64,000 bases of DNA from Minisyncoccota bacterium (GCA_017881075.1 JADGRH010000003.1:682-64681), one strand, 5' to 3'. Counted from the stretch's first letter, positions 9,574 through 19,974 are shown. Notes: a model not told the origin generated them from the letters alone. Numbers and translations: made by a program.

Positions 9574-12111
9574 ATGAAAAAAATCTTCCTACTGAGTTTC
9601 GCGCTTATCGGCTTCCTGTCGCTATCTCATCTTGTTGCCGCGGAACCTATTCCTCCGACGATTCTCACTGTTGATCTGCATGATTACAGTTATCCACCAG
9701 AGGCTTCTACCGATGCCAATAGTGGGGGACAGGTGAGCATGCTTCAGAATTTTCTGAACACCGCTAATTATATGCATGGAAATGTCAGCGGATATTTCGG
9801 TTCCATTACCAAAAACGCAGTCGTTGATTTTCAGACAAGAAATGGCCTCTTTCCTGCAAATGGATATGTAGGGCCAATAACCAGAGCAAAAATTGCCACC
9901 GGAATTTATGTAGTAAATCCGGGTAATCTCAACGGACCACGAATCTCCTCTCTCTCCTCTTTCTCTGGAGCTATTGGTAGTCATTTAACAATATATGGAT
10001 CGGGATTCACATCAACCGGTAACAATGTACATATAGGTGACAATGTTGTAAACAATCTCTCATCAACTGGTAATTCTATTTCTTTCTCTGTGTCATCGTC
10101 TGTGACATTAGGATTCCATGGATTGTATGTCGAAAATAGTAACGGCGGTCCTAGCAATATAATGAACTTTATTGTCCTTAGTAACTCCCAAATTGGTGCT
10201 CCCAATCTCTCTTCTCTCTCTCCGAACCCTGCTCCCGTAAGCTCAGAGGTGGATGTTAACGGGTCTGGACAAATAATGAGCACCATCTTCTATCCCGTCT
10301 TAACAGATAACGGATGCAGCCCAGCTATAGTGCCGATTCATTTTAGTCCAACCACTGGACGGCCAATAGTTACTGTTCCTTATTCCTACCCCTGCACAAA
10401 TAGCAATCATCTAGTTGTTCCGGGAAATTATATTGTTCAAGCGCTGGATTCCGGCAACTGGCAGATAAGCAATTCAGTTAATTTTGTGGTCAATGTAGGC
10501 GGAACTTCTTCACCGATCACAGTTCTTTCTCCAAATGGAGGAGAAGGCTGGCAATCAACGCCTACAATTACAGATACCATAAGTGGTTTTGAACAATACA
10601 AGAAAGATGTTACTTGGACAGGCTCGCCGGATTATACAGATCCAACTATCGTAGAAGCTTATTTGGAAAAACAAGTAAGTGGTCAATATATAACAGTGGG
10701 TAGAATTATTCCTCTCGGGTATGGTTCTATTATGTGGGTGGTGGGTGAAGTAAGTAATACTAATTGTGCTCTAATCTTTCCTTCTAATTTGCCAAATAGT
10801 TGTTATAACACAGCGAATATGCAAATCGTTCCTCCTGGTCAATATTGGGTTCGATTGGTGGATAAATTGGCAAACACAACTGATCGTAGCGACTCATCAT
10901 TCACCATAACAGCAGGCACTCAAACTTCTGGTCCTCACATCTCATTTCTTTCTTCTTTCTCCGGTTCAGCTGGTAGTCAGCTAATTATCCGCGGAACGGG
11001 ATTCACCTCAACAGGAAACACAGTAAATTTTGACGTCGGAGGCCCTTCAGGTATCTCCAGCTTTAACGGAATATCTCTTACTGTCAATGTGCCTAACCCT
11101 CTCCCTATGGGTGTTCGTGCGGTATCAGTCTCAAATGCCAACGGTATTTCCAACCCCATCACCTTTGTGGTGACTAGCGGCTATTCGAAAGGAGCTCCCA
11201 ACATCTCTTACATCACTCCTACAGGCTCGACTGGTTCAGAAGTAAAGATTATCGGATCAGGCTTCAGCTCATCAGGAGACAACAGTGTCCTATTTTACCC
11301 TGTTCTCGTCGATGCCGGCTGCAGTCCATACGTTGCCCGATTACTTACTTTGGAAAATGGAATGATTAAATTTGTTGTCCCTGGTTATTACAAATGTTTT
11401 GACAGCGCGGGAGGAAATACCTATCACTCCGTTGTTCCAGGGAATTACATTGTTCAGGCCTTGAATGGTAATTATCAGATAAGTAATGCGGTTAACTTTG
11501 TGGTTACTGCAGGCCCTATAGTTCCGCCCAGTCTTCCATTTATTCAGATCATATCTCCAAATGGAGGAGAGGTGTTCTATCAGACCAATGTTGGCCAGAC
11601 GACAGTCAATACAATTGGTTGGACAAGAGGACTTATTTCAACCGTACATATCTTTCTTACCACAGCTGACGCGACGCCCAAAAACATTCCAAGTTTAGGC
11701 GTGATCTGGGCTGGGGCAACGACCAATTCAGATTCAGTAATGTGGGATGGAAAAACAGTTTGTCAAAACTGGACTGGTTCAAGCGGTACCAATTGTTCCA
11801 CAATTAACCCAGGGTCATACAAAGTCTATATTGTTGGTGATGTGGAAGGAGTGACCAATCAAGCGGTTAACGATCTCAGCGACGCATCTTTTACCATTAC
11901 ATCAAAGACCCCAGCTACACCTACAACTCTAAAATCAAACCCATCGATCAAATCAACGCCAAGTACTTCGACCAATAAGATGCAGAGCGCAAATGCAGTT
12001 TATGCTCTGCAGAGCTTGATCAATCAAGCAAACGGCAATAATCTAACTGCCGAAGTAAAGAACGCTATCAATCTACTATTGAAGAATCTGAAAATATTCG
12101 GCGGGCTCTAG
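9574..12111 (+). CDS. secreted surface protein with PG-binding domain and multiple IPT/TIG domains
   Basis: signal peptide; PG-binding motif; repeated P.IS.LS...G..LTI.G.GF units; SPNGGE motifs. Confidence 0.85.
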   Translation: MKKIFLLSFALIGFLSLSHLVAAEPIPPTILTVDLHDYSYPPEASTDANSGGQVSMLQNFLNTANYMHGNVSGYFGSITKNAVVDFQTRNGLFPANGYVGPITRAKIATGIYVVNPGNLNGPRISSLSSFSGAIGSHLTIYGSGFTSTGNNVHIGDNVVNNLSSTGNSISFSVSSSVTLGFHGLYVENSNGGPSNIMNFIVLSNSQIGAPNLSSLSPNPAPVSSEVDVNGSGQIMSTIFYPVLTDNGCSPAIVPIHFSPTTGRPIVTVPYSYPCTNSNHLVVPGNYIVQALDSGNWQISNSVNFVVNVGGTSSPITVLSPNGGEGWQSTPTITDTISGFEQYKKDVTWTGSPDYTDPTIVEAYLEKQVSGQYITVGRIIPLGYGSIMWVVGEVSNTNCALIFPSNLPNSCYNTANMQIVPPGQYWVRLVDKLANTTDRSDSSFTITAGTQTSGPHISFLSSFSGSAGSQLIIRGTGFTSTGNTVNFDVGGPSGISSFNGISLTVNVPNPLPMGVRAVSVSNANGISNPITFVVTSGYSKGAPNISYITPTGSTGSEVKIIGSGFSSSGDNSVLFYPVLVDAGCSPYVARLLTLENGMIKFVVPGYYKCFDSAGGNTYHSVVPGNYIVQALNGNYQISNAVNFVVTAGPIVPPSLPFIQIISPNGGEVFYQTNVGQTTVNTIGWTRGLISTVHIFLTTADATPKNIPSLGVIWAGATTNSDSVMWDGKTVCQNWTGSSGTNCSTINPGSYKVYIVGDVEGVTNQAVNDLSDASFTITSKTPATPTTLKSNPSIKSTPSTSTNKMQSANAVYALQSLINQANGNNLTAEVKNAINLLLKNLKIFGGL

Positions 12112-12115
12112 AAGT

Positions 12116-12142
12116 AATTAACGAAGTCAGACTTCGTTAATT
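12116..12142. repeat. 27-nt palindrome, GAAGTC-N-GACTTC family
   Basis: aattaacgaagtc-a-gacttcgttaatt. Confidence 0.8.
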
Positions 12143-12223
12143 TGGGAATTTGTGTTGTGATTCAGATAAAATATTTATAAAGTCGGTGCTTGCATCCGTC
12201 GGTACAATTATTACAATAGACGG

Positions 12224-12706
12224 ATGCAAAAGTTTGCCACGGAAGAATATGTAGATGAAAAAGCCAGTCAAATGATCGGTCATCATTTTGGCATTATTCA
12301 AGAACACTTTGATGGCGAGTTTCAGAAGGTTCGTGAAAATATAAATGGCATACACGATTGGAAGGATAGGTTTGAATTAGAAACTGGGCGACATTTTAAT
12401 TTCGTACATGAAAGACTGGATGATATGGCGATTGATCTAGTTGGTGTCAAGGAGGAAATCATTGGTGTTAAGGGAGAAGTCCTTAGTATTAAGGGAGAAG
12501 TCGTTGGTGTTAAAGAAGAAGTCGGAGGCCTTAAAAAAGAGATAATAGATGTTAAGGACGAAGTGAAAGGTATCAAAAAAGAAGCGGGTGTTATAAGAAA
12601 AGAATTAATAGAATATAGAAAAGAATCCACCAGTTTTAGGGTAGAAACAAAAGAGAATTTTAATAAAATTTTCTCAATTCTTAAAAAATTGGCTTATTCA
12701 AAATGA
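12224..12706 (+). CDS. heptad-repeat coiled-coil protein
   Basis: GVKEEII/GVKGEVL/SIKGEVV/GVKEEVG heptads; N-terminal FATEEYV. Confidence 0.7.
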   Translation: MQKFATEEYVDEKASQMIGHHFGIIQEHFDGEFQKVRENINGIHDWKDRFELETGRHFNFVHERLDDMAIDLVGVKEEIIGVKGEVLSIKGEVVGVKEEVGGLKKEIIDVKDEVKGIKKEAGVIRKELIEYRKESTSFRVETKENFNKIFSILKKLAYSK

Positions 12707-14847
12707 ATTTCCTTTGCTTCTGCAATATATTTGTGGAGCAGGGGATATCGTTTTAATTCCGGATCTTCGGAGATGAGGCGGCGCGCTTCTGTTCGCGCCG
12801 CCTCTACCATTTTGATGTTCTTGATTGCCTCCATGGCGATATCGGAGAGGCCCCATTGACGTCGGCCGTAAAGCTCGCCCGCGCCTCTTAGTTGTAGATC
12901 CAATTCCGACAGCTCAAAACCATTTTTAGCAGTTTTGAGCGCTTTTAGTCGTTCCAAAGTTTTTTGAGACTTGCTCTCGGCGAAAACATAGCAATAGGCC
13001 TGATGGGTACTGCGGATGATCCGGCCTCGCAATTGATGTAGTTGGGCGAGGCCGAATCTTTCTCCTCCCTCAATTATCATCATTGTGGCATTTGGGACGT
13101 TCACTCCCACTTCCACAACCGAAGTGGAAACTAAAATATCGGTCTTTCCGTTTTCAAATCTTTCCATCACTTCATCTTTTGCTTTCGGAGTCATCTTGCT
13201 GTGCATAACGTCAATGGAATATTCCGGAAAAACATCCTTCTTCAATCTTTTTGCTTCTTCCTTCGCCGACTTGGCGATTAGAGCCTGCTCCTTTTCGGGA
13301 TCGGGCTCATTGATGCGTGGGCAAATAACATAGAGCTGTCGGCCCTCCTTAAGACCGATCCTGATTTTTTCATTTATATCTTCACGTTTATTGGGAGGAA
13401 CAATCTCCGTGATGATCGGTTTGCGTCCGGCCGGCATCTCATCCAATAGAGAAAGGTCCAGATCTCCGTAAACGGTTAGGGCCAAAGTGCGGGGAATGGG
13501 AGTGGCTGTCATGGATAGAAGGTGCGGCAGAATAGCGTCTTTTTGGCGTAATTTACGTCGCTGGGATGTTCCAAAGCGATGCTGTTCATCAATGATCACG
13601 TAAGCTAGATTCTTGAATTTGACCGTTTTTTGGATGAGAGAATGAGTACCGACAAGAATAGGAATTTCTCCATTTGCCACCCATTTTAAAAGTTGAGCTC
13701 GAGAAATCGGTGTTGCTTCCGTCGGCTTTATTTTTGACGGAAATTTCAGACAACCACTGCCAGTGATAAGGCCGATATTTATTCCAAGATAGGCAAAATA
13801 TTTTATGAAAGATTGAAAATGTTGCTTGGCCAAAATTTCAGTTGGCACCATGTATGCTGTTTGTAAATTGCCAAAATCTTGTCCCTTCGGCCGAGTAGAA
13901 GTGACTGCATAAACGCTAGTGGCGGCGACGGCGGTTTTACCGCTTCCGACATCGCCCTCAAGGAGTCGCGACATTGGTTGACCACTCTTTAAATCATTTA
14001 AAATGGTAGCAATGGCTTTCTTTTGAGCGGTAGTTTCTTTAAAAGGGAAGCGTGAAGTAAAACTTTCTATACTTTTTTCATCTTCTTCAATAACGAATGA
14101 CTGCTGGTTCTCCTGTTCCTTCCTTTCTTTTTGTTTTCCCAGTTGGATGAAAAAAACTTCCTGGAAGGCGAAACGTTTTCTGGCACCCATGGCGTCGTTT
14201 TGTTTTTGAGGGGTATGGATGAAGATAAAAGAGGATTTTAAAGAGGGAAGATTATATCGGAAGAGAATCTCTTCTGGAATGGGGTCCACAACATCATCCA
14301 GAATCCCAGATTTAAATACTCGCTGAAGGGCGTGATAGAACCAATTAGAAGTAATGCCGCGGCTTTCGGGATAGACGGGATAGAGAGTGTGGGCTTCGCC
14401 CGCCGAGCCAAATAGAGAGTCGCCTACGGCGATGGGAAGTTTGGCGACATTTTCTATCTTTGGATTGCTGAAATAAAGTTCGTTTCTGCGCTCAGTCACT
14501 TTTCCTTCAATACGGACGAAACTATTCTCACCGATCATCTTGGCCAGATATGGCTGATGGAACCAAACAATTTTAATTTTTCCGGTCTCATCTTCGACGA
14601 AGGCTTCGGCCATTGGGATTTTTTTGCGGAAAGCCTTGCTTGTTTTTAATCCGCTAATCTTGCCAAAGACGACGGCGACCTCGCCTACGGCGAGGTCGCC
14701 CACATTCTTCATTGCCGAAGTATCACCGTAGCGAGTGGGGAAGTGATAAAGCAAATCACCAACAGATAAAAGGCCAATTTTCTTTAAAGCATTTTTTTGG
14801 GCTGGAACCAGACGAAAATGTTCTTCCAGTGAGTCATTTAAATCCAT
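12694..14847 (-). CDS. recG: ATP-dependent DNA helicase RecG
   Basis: wedge domain, RLLEGDVGSGKT, DEQHRFG, MTATPIPRTL, QLHQLRGR. Confidence 0.97.
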   Translation of the reverse strand: MDLNDSLEEHFRLVPAQKNALKKIGLLSVGDLLYHFPTRYGDTSAMKNVGDLAVGEVAVVFGKISGLKTSKAFRKKIPMAEAFVEDETGKIKIVWFHQPYLAKMIGENSFVRIEGKVTERRNELYFSNPKIENVAKLPIAVGDSLFGSAGEAHTLYPVYPESRGITSNWFYHALQRVFKSGILDDVVDPIPEEILFRYNLPSLKSSFIFIHTPQKQNDAMGARKRFAFQEVFFIQLGKQKERKEQENQQSFVIEEDEKSIESFTSRFPFKETTAQKKAIATILNDLKSGQPMSRLLEGDVGSGKTAVAATSVYAVTSTRPKGQDFGNLQTAYMVPTEILAKQHFQSFIKYFAYLGINIGLITGSGCLKFPSKIKPTEATPISRAQLLKWVANGEIPILVGTHSLIQKTVKFKNLAYVIIDEQHRFGTSQRRKLRQKDAILPHLLSMTATPIPRTLALTVYGDLDLSLLDEMPAGRKPIITEIVPPNKREDINEKIRIGLKEGRQLYVICPRINEPDPEKEQALIAKSAKEEAKRLKKDVFPEYSIDVMHSKMTPKAKDEVMERFENGKTDILVSTSVVEVGVNVPNATMMIIEGGERFGLAQLHQLRGRIIRSTHQAYCYVFAESKSQKTLERLKALKTAKNGFELSELDLQLRGAGELYGRRQWGLSDIAMEAIKNIKMVEAARTEARRLISEDPELKRYPLLHKYIAEAKEIHFE

Positions 14848-14870
14848 TTTTTAATTGTACCCTCATAATG

Positions 14871-15275
14871 TCAACGTGGCACGTTGACATTGCGATCCAC
14901 TATTATTCTGGGGTAGCTTAATATCGCCAAGGCTAGGGCAATACCCAGAACGGAAACATCTTCAAATAGGTTATTGAATTGGTCAAGGTTAAAAATAATG
15001 CTAGCCAAAAGATAAAAAGAGGCAAGGACACTCGGAATGAATATCTTTTTGCCCCAGACGAGCCAAGCACCGAGGACGAGCTCGGAGAGACCAAAAAGAT
15101 TCAGGATGACAGCGTCGGGGAAAATACTGCGCAGAAATGAGGGGAAGTAGTTGATCCATTCAAACGGATGAAAAAAGCCCAAGATGGCAGAGTAGATAAG
15201 GGCAAAGGCCAAGGCCACTCTTAAAATGAAGGCCACTAAAAACTGTCTAGATGAGGAAAAATATTTATTATGCAT
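14871..15275 (-). CDS. DoxX-like membrane protein
   Basis: 4 TMs, LRVALAF...ELVLGAWL pattern. Confidence 0.65.
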   Translation of the reverse strand: MHNKYFSSSRQFLVAFILRVALAFALIYSAILGFFHPFEWINYFPSFLRSIFPDAVILNLFGLSELVLGAWLVWGKKIFIPSVLASFYLLASIIFNLDQFNNLFEDVSVLGIALALAILSYPRIIVDRNVNVPR

Positions 15276-15377
15276 CGAATATTAGATAAAAAGTCGCCTG
15301 TCTACTTTAGCACAGAAGCCTCATCCTCTCAATTAATGTAGTGGCGGCAATTAAAATATGCTAAAGTAGCGGCTATT

Positions 15378-15466
15378 GGAGAGTTGGCTGAGTGGTCGAA
15401 AGCGCCTCACTGCTAACGAGGTAGGGGTCTTAAAGCCCCTCGTGAGTTCGAATCTCACACTCTCCG
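15378..15466 (+). tRNA. tRNA-Ser (GCT), integration target
   Basis: GGAGAGT/ACTCTCC-G; anticodon loop CTGCTAA; long variable arm. Confidence 0.95.
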
Positions 15467-16921
15467 CATTGTCTGAAAATCAGAATCTTTTGGTACTTTT
15501 GAGAGTATTGAATACGGACTTTTAAATTGATGTTGAGCCATACTTTGGTTTTTGAAAGATAGGTTCCAAACTATGATTTCTATAATTTCTCGTTTTTCTT
15601 CGTCATTTGCTTTCAAGAAGTCTTTTCTGGCTCTGCTTGCTCGTAAAAAGATTTCTTTAGTCGGTTCCAAGGTGGAAATTTGTTTGCTGTGTTTTTCTTG
15701 TATCTCCTGAATCTGCTTACTCACCAACACCCTCTCATTCTGAACCTCGAGCATTTTTCTGTCGTAAATCTCTTTGGAAATTTGCCGGTCTAGGAATGTA
15801 TCAACTAGGCGGGATTCTTTAGCTGTGAGAGCCTCTAGGCTCATTTTTAGGGTGGATAATATGGATTTAACATAATCCTCATCTAGCCCCAATTTCTCCT
15901 TAGCGGATTGGTACAAGATTTCAATGAGATTTTCGTCAATATCAAGTTTCTCAAAGAGAGAGGCGACCATTGGGTAGAGGGTATTCTCTCGCATGTAGGT
16001 TTTGTGTTCAGTACAAACTCCTTTGCTATTGGTGCAGTAGTAATAATGATGGCCTTTTTTCAGAGCGGCGGTCAGAGAACAGCCGCAACTTTCACAGACC
16101 AGAAAACCCCGAAGCGGAAAGAAATGAGTTTGAGATCGTGGACGATTTTTGTTGTGTAGGATGTTTTGAACTTTATCAAATAATTCTTTTGAGATAAGGG
16201 GCATATGGTTGCCGATATATAGTTTTCCATCTCTTTGCATTAGGCCGGAGTAAAAAGGATTATCTATGAAGCGATGAATATTGCCAGAGTAGAATTTTTT
16301 ACCAGATTCTGCACGAAGCCCCTCTGTGTAAAGAATGTTGGAAATTTCTTTGAAACTATGGCTTCCGGTAGAATATAGTTCAAATGCTCTGATCACATAC
16401 TTTGAATTTACCGGATGAATAGCAATAGTCCTGTTTGCCTTATCATTTAAATATCCGAATGGTGCACGATTCGGCCAATCTCCTTTCTCCAGTTTCGCCC
16501 GATTACCTCGTTTAATATTACTGCTCAAATCCCGTATATACTGACTAGCCATTCCTTGCTCAATACTCATTAGGAGCACATTGTCAGAGGGCAAAAAAGT
16601 TTTCTCAAATGTTTGAATGCACTTTATTTTCTCATTTTGAAGCAACCATTGAATCTGTCCCCCATCAACGGGGTTCCGACTAAGCCTGTCAATTTTCCAA
16701 CAGAGAATTCCATCAGCTTTGCCGGAAGAAATCATTTTAATCATCTCATTAAAAACTGGTCTTCCCGGCTCTTTTGCCGATTTGCTTTCCCTAAAAACTT
16801 TGACGATATTGAGATTTGCCTTTAGAGCCAAAGCCAGTAATTCTTTCTCTTGGGAATCTAAGGAGAGCATTTGCCTGTCCTCTGATTCTGTTGATTTCCG
16901 GCAATAAAGGATAAATTTCAT
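15455..16921 (-). CDS. large serine recombinase (integrase)
   Basis: YCRKSTE catalytic Ser, DRLSRN, recombinase domain APFGY, zinc ribbon CESCG..YYYC..C, coiled coil; stop codon lies within the tRNA. Confidence 0.95.
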   Translation of the reverse strand: MKFILYCRKSTESEDRQMLSLDSQEKELLALALKANLNIVKVFRESKSAKEPGRPVFNEMIKMISSGKADGILCWKIDRLSRNPVDGGQIQWLLQNEKIKCIQTFEKTFLPSDNVLLMSIEQGMASQYIRDLSSNIKRGNRAKLEKGDWPNRAPFGYLNDKANRTIAIHPVNSKYVIRAFELYSTGSHSFKEISNILYTEGLRAESGKKFYSGNIHRFIDNPFYSGLMQRDGKLYIGNHMPLISKELFDKVQNILHNKNRPRSQTHFFPLRGFLVCESCGCSLTAALKKGHHYYYCTNSKGVCTEHKTYMRENTLYPMVASLFEKLDIDENLIEILYQSAKEKLGLDEDYVKSILSTLKMSLEALTAKESRLVDTFLDRQISKEIYDRKMLEVQNERVLVSKQIQEIQEKHSKQISTLEPTKEIFLRASRARKDFLKANDEEKREIIEIIVWNLSFKNQSMAQHQFKSPYSILSKVPKDSDFQTMRRV

Positions 16922-16968
16922 GGTTTTTGAATAGTATACTTTTAGTTAATAGAGTTCAAATATGACTA

Positions 16969-17877
16969 CTAAGATAAACCAAGGGAATCCGAATCGGTAA
17001 TGTAGGTGTGGATGTTTTTGTCATAGAGAATCTTGCCGATAACATCAGCCTTGACGATATTGAGACAGGCATTTTTCATCACATACGGGTTTTTAAACTT
17101 CTTCTTTTTCCAGTTCTTCGTTTTGCTTAAAGTCCACTTCCGAAAGACTCTCTGCTGTTTCCGAAAAAGGTTCATCGGTTTTGTATAGCCGTAATAAATC
17201 TCTTTTCTGATTTCTAGTAGCTTTCGTGATCGTCCCCAAAACCGGCCGACCTTTCTATACTCCTCCGGCACTATCTTCTGTTGCCATTTTTTCATATAGC
17301 TTGTGATATACCACCCCATACGGCTTCTGTCTCTTACTGCCTCAACTTTTGTGCCAGCCTTTAAATGTTTTTCATCTTTCGAACCAACGATTTCATACCA
17401 TGTCTTTGCTACCCACTGATGGGGAATATGTTTATCCACCAGAACATGAAAGTGTGGGGCCCCTCTCTCTTGAAATTCAAGTGTCCATAAATATTGATAG
17501 CCCTTTCTTTGAAGATAGATCAGAAAGAGATGTAGATGACTCTTTACCAACGTGCCATTCATTGGATATGACATTGGATAGGTCAGTGTTATGAATACTC
17601 CCAACTTATCACAGACATTCCTTGCTACCATTTCAAATCTCCTTTGCGAACTAGAGCTATACTCAATGATCTCTCCCCTAGGACTACGTTCAAAGTTTCT
17701 ATCGCCCGATTGCCCAGCACTCTGATTTGAAATGCGAATATCCTTTGGCAATTTCGTCATGGTCACGGATTCGTATTGCATTTTGTCTTTCTTTTCACTC
17801 ATCTCTAATTTTTTGATATCTCCATCTATCTTTACCGGATGGCCATAATCGTCAATCCAAAAGTATGTCCTACTCAT
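16969..17877 (-). CDS. rolling-circle replication initiator, HUH endonuclease (inovirus/plectrovirus Rep-like)
   Basis: motif I FITLTYP, motif II EFQERGAPHFH, motif III YITSYMKK, then GRFWG. Confidence 0.88.
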   Translation of the reverse strand: MSRTYFWIDDYGHPVKIDGDIKKLEMSEKKDKMQYESVTMTKLPKDIRISNQSAGQSGDRNFERSPRGEIIEYSSSSQRRFEMVARNVCDKLGVFITLTYPMSYPMNGTLVKSHLHLFLIYLQRKGYQYLWTLEFQERGAPHFHVLVDKHIPHQWVAKTWYEIVGSKDEKHLKAGTKVEAVRDRSRMGWYITSYMKKWQQKIVPEEYRKVGRFWGRSRKLLEIRKEIYYGYTKPMNLFRKQQRVFRKWTLSKTKNWKKKKFKNPYVMKNACLNIVKADVIGKILYDKNIHTYITDSDSLGLS

Positions 17878-18094
17878 CTCCCGTATCCTCTGAGGCTGGA
17901 GGCGTTCCGCCCCGAGACACTAAAGTGTCTTCGGGGCCGGTCCGCCTCCTATCCCCAATCTTGGCAAATATGATGAAAAGACTGGCAAATGAATTCAGAT
18001 ATTCCTCGGCTGTCTCATCGGGAATATCCAAATCATATTTTTCTTTGAAGTATGACTGGATTCTCTCCACCAGTAATTGGCTGAATTTTTTCAT
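17870..18094 (-). CDS. small helical protein upstream of rep (possible directionality factor or regulator)
   Basis: 74 aa, FKEKYDLDIPDETAEEYL; overlaps rep start. Confidence 0.55.
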   Translation of the reverse strand: MKKFSQLLVERIQSYFKEKYDLDIPDETAEEYLNSFASLFIIFAKIGDRRRTGPEDTLVSRGGTPPASEDTGDE

Positions 18095-18173
18095 AAAAAA
18101 TCTCGCACATTGTTTGTGCGAGGCCTTTATATCTTTTCTATGAAGTCAGCAATATGGAAAGAAACTGGGTATA

Positions 18174-19091
18174 TTATGTCTCTTTATCAGTAGGGCTAAA
18201 GATAAGACGATAGCCGAATTTTTTGATGTTTAGAAAAATGTCCGGGTTGCTTGTTTTGGTGGAGGGTAAAATATTAAATCTTTCTTTAAGGTTGCGAATG
18301 ATTAAAGACAAATTATCCCGATATGTTTTTGAGGCAGTTTCCACACCGGGGTTATATGACTTTAAGAGGGTCAAATAATCTGCCTGATAGTCTGGCGAAG
18401 TGTATAGGGTTGAAAAGACCTTAAATTCTTGCGTGCCAAGGGAGAGGGTGCCTTTCAGATCATGGAATACAAAATCACCGGTGCGATTATTAAAGGAAAA
18501 AGGCATTTTTTGTTTCGGCAATTCGGGTAATACTTCTTCCCCGTCAATCCCTAGCTTTTCCAATTCAGCCAAGAAATCAAGATGAAACTTTTTCAGCTCG
18601 TCCGTGTAATACTCCCTCATACCGCCCTTAAACCAGTTGTTATACACTCTCAATTTTTCTTTACTCCATAATCCTGTTTCTTCTGTTCTCTTTAGACCTT
18701 TCACCATAAGGAGGGCAACCGGGTCTAATTTATCTTCCAGGCCAGGAGAGGGGTGGATATATTCCTCCATCGGGCTATATATCCTCACAAACAAGTCAAT
18801 GTAATGTCCGGCATACAAAGAAAGATTTTCAACACGATCGGTCAATGCCGACTGATAATCAAGTTCATACTCGGTTGATTTACGGATACGCCATATCTCA
18901 GAATGCCCCTCATGATATTCCTTTTCACTTTTATCCATGATGGCCGAAAAGACAGGAGTTTTAACAATATGGTCAATGTATGCGTGGATATTTTTATAGA
19001 ACGACGAATCAGAATCGCTTTGGAGGGCGGTTTCGTAGCGGGTTTTAAGGGTGTTTATTATGTTAGACATGATGGGCATGAGTATACACAA
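18174..19091 (-). CDS. hypothetical protein with C-terminal winged-helix DNA-binding domain
   Basis: C-terminus QEFKVFSTL...LSLIIRNLKERF...IFLNIKKFGYRL resembles OmpR-type wHTH. Confidence 0.65.
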   Translation of the reverse strand: MCILMPIMSNIINTLKTRYETALQSDSDSSFYKNIHAYIDHIVKTPVFSAIMDKSEKEYHEGHSEIWRIRKSTEYELDYQSALTDRVENLSLYAGHYIDLFVRIYSPMEEYIHPSPGLEDKLDPVALLMVKGLKRTEETGLWSKEKLRVYNNWFKGGMREYYTDELKKFHLDFLAELEKLGIDGEEVLPELPKQKMPFSFNNRTGDFVFHDLKGTLSLGTQEFKVFSTLYTSPDYQADYLTLLKSYNPGVETASKTYRDNLSLIIRNLKERFNILPSTKTSNPDIFLNIKKFGYRLIFSPTDKET

Positions 19092-19123
19092 ATTGAGAGG
19101 CTGAGTGTATCAAAACGCGCCCA

Positions 19124-19153
19124 TTGACAGATGAGCCTTAACTATGATATAAT
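19124..19153 (+). promoter_or_regulatory. sigma70 promoter
   Basis: TTGACA-18nt-TATAAT. Confidence 0.7.
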
Positions 19154-19340
19154 GCGATGAGCTAAGTTCTTCGTCAGAAAGCCTTACTTCGTGATCTCGC
19201 CATAGCTTAGAGCGGCTCCAATCGGGCCTTTCCAAGCTATGGCGATAATGTAGCCCCCTAGCACCCACTGTCGCATTTGCGACCCCTCAACTCACGGGTA
19301 GTGAGAAAACTCATCGGCCATCGGCCGAAGAAAGGAAGTT

Positions 19341-19838
19341 ATGCAAGCACAACTGAAACCAGTGGAAAGTAGTGAACGACTAGAGGCTGCGTTCCAAATG
19401 CCACAAAGCCTCACATTCGATACGGAAGTGGCGACTGAGGAAGGTTTATTCGTCTTCCGTGTCTCAGCAAGCCCGATTCACGTCGAGGGCGACTGTCTGC
19501 GGGTAGATGAATTTGCCCTCAGTAAGTCTCGGAAGGTAGAGGTTATGCGCCGAAGAATCGCTAGCTGGATTCCATTTCGCACAGAAGAATACCCCGTTGA
19601 AGTCTGCGAGTGCATCTGGCAAGTCAACGTGCGATCGTGTGGGACGTTCGTTTTGTCGAGTGAGAAGCCGGTAACGGACCGCACTCACTCATTCGGCATC
19701 CGATCGAAGTTCGTTGGAGCTCTGGCGAACCGGAACATTTTGGTTTCCGACACCCTGCTCGACCGCATGATCGGCCCTCTCGAGAGCAAAGCGATGGAGA
19801 TATTGCGGATAGTGAACCGCTTCCCGTCGTTCTCCTGA
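19341..19838 (+). CDS. hypothetical protein (element cargo)
   Basis: 165-aa ORF with SD (AAAGGAAG), upstream promoter and downstream terminator. Confidence 0.6.
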   Translation: MQAQLKPVESSERLEAAFQMPQSLTFDTEVATEEGLFVFRVSASPIHVEGDCLRVDEFALSKSRKVEVMRRRIASWIPFRTEEYPVEVCECIWQVNVRSCGTFVLSSEKPVTDRTHSFGIRSKFVGALANRNILVSDTLLDRMIGPLESKAMEILRIVNRFPSFS

Positions 19839-19891
19839 TCGGCAACCCCCATCAGCCGGAAACGAGTTAAACAACCGTCCTCAAGGACAGG

Positions 19892-19929
19892 AAACCGCCT
19901 GTCATGTTGAGGGCGGTTTTTCTTTTTTT
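19892..19929 (+). terminator. intrinsic terminator
   Basis: aaaccgcc...ggcggttttt followed by T-run. Confidence 0.65.
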
Positions 19930-19974
19930 GCTTTCAAACCTTAATGGGATTACACTATTCTTAATAAGGTTTCA

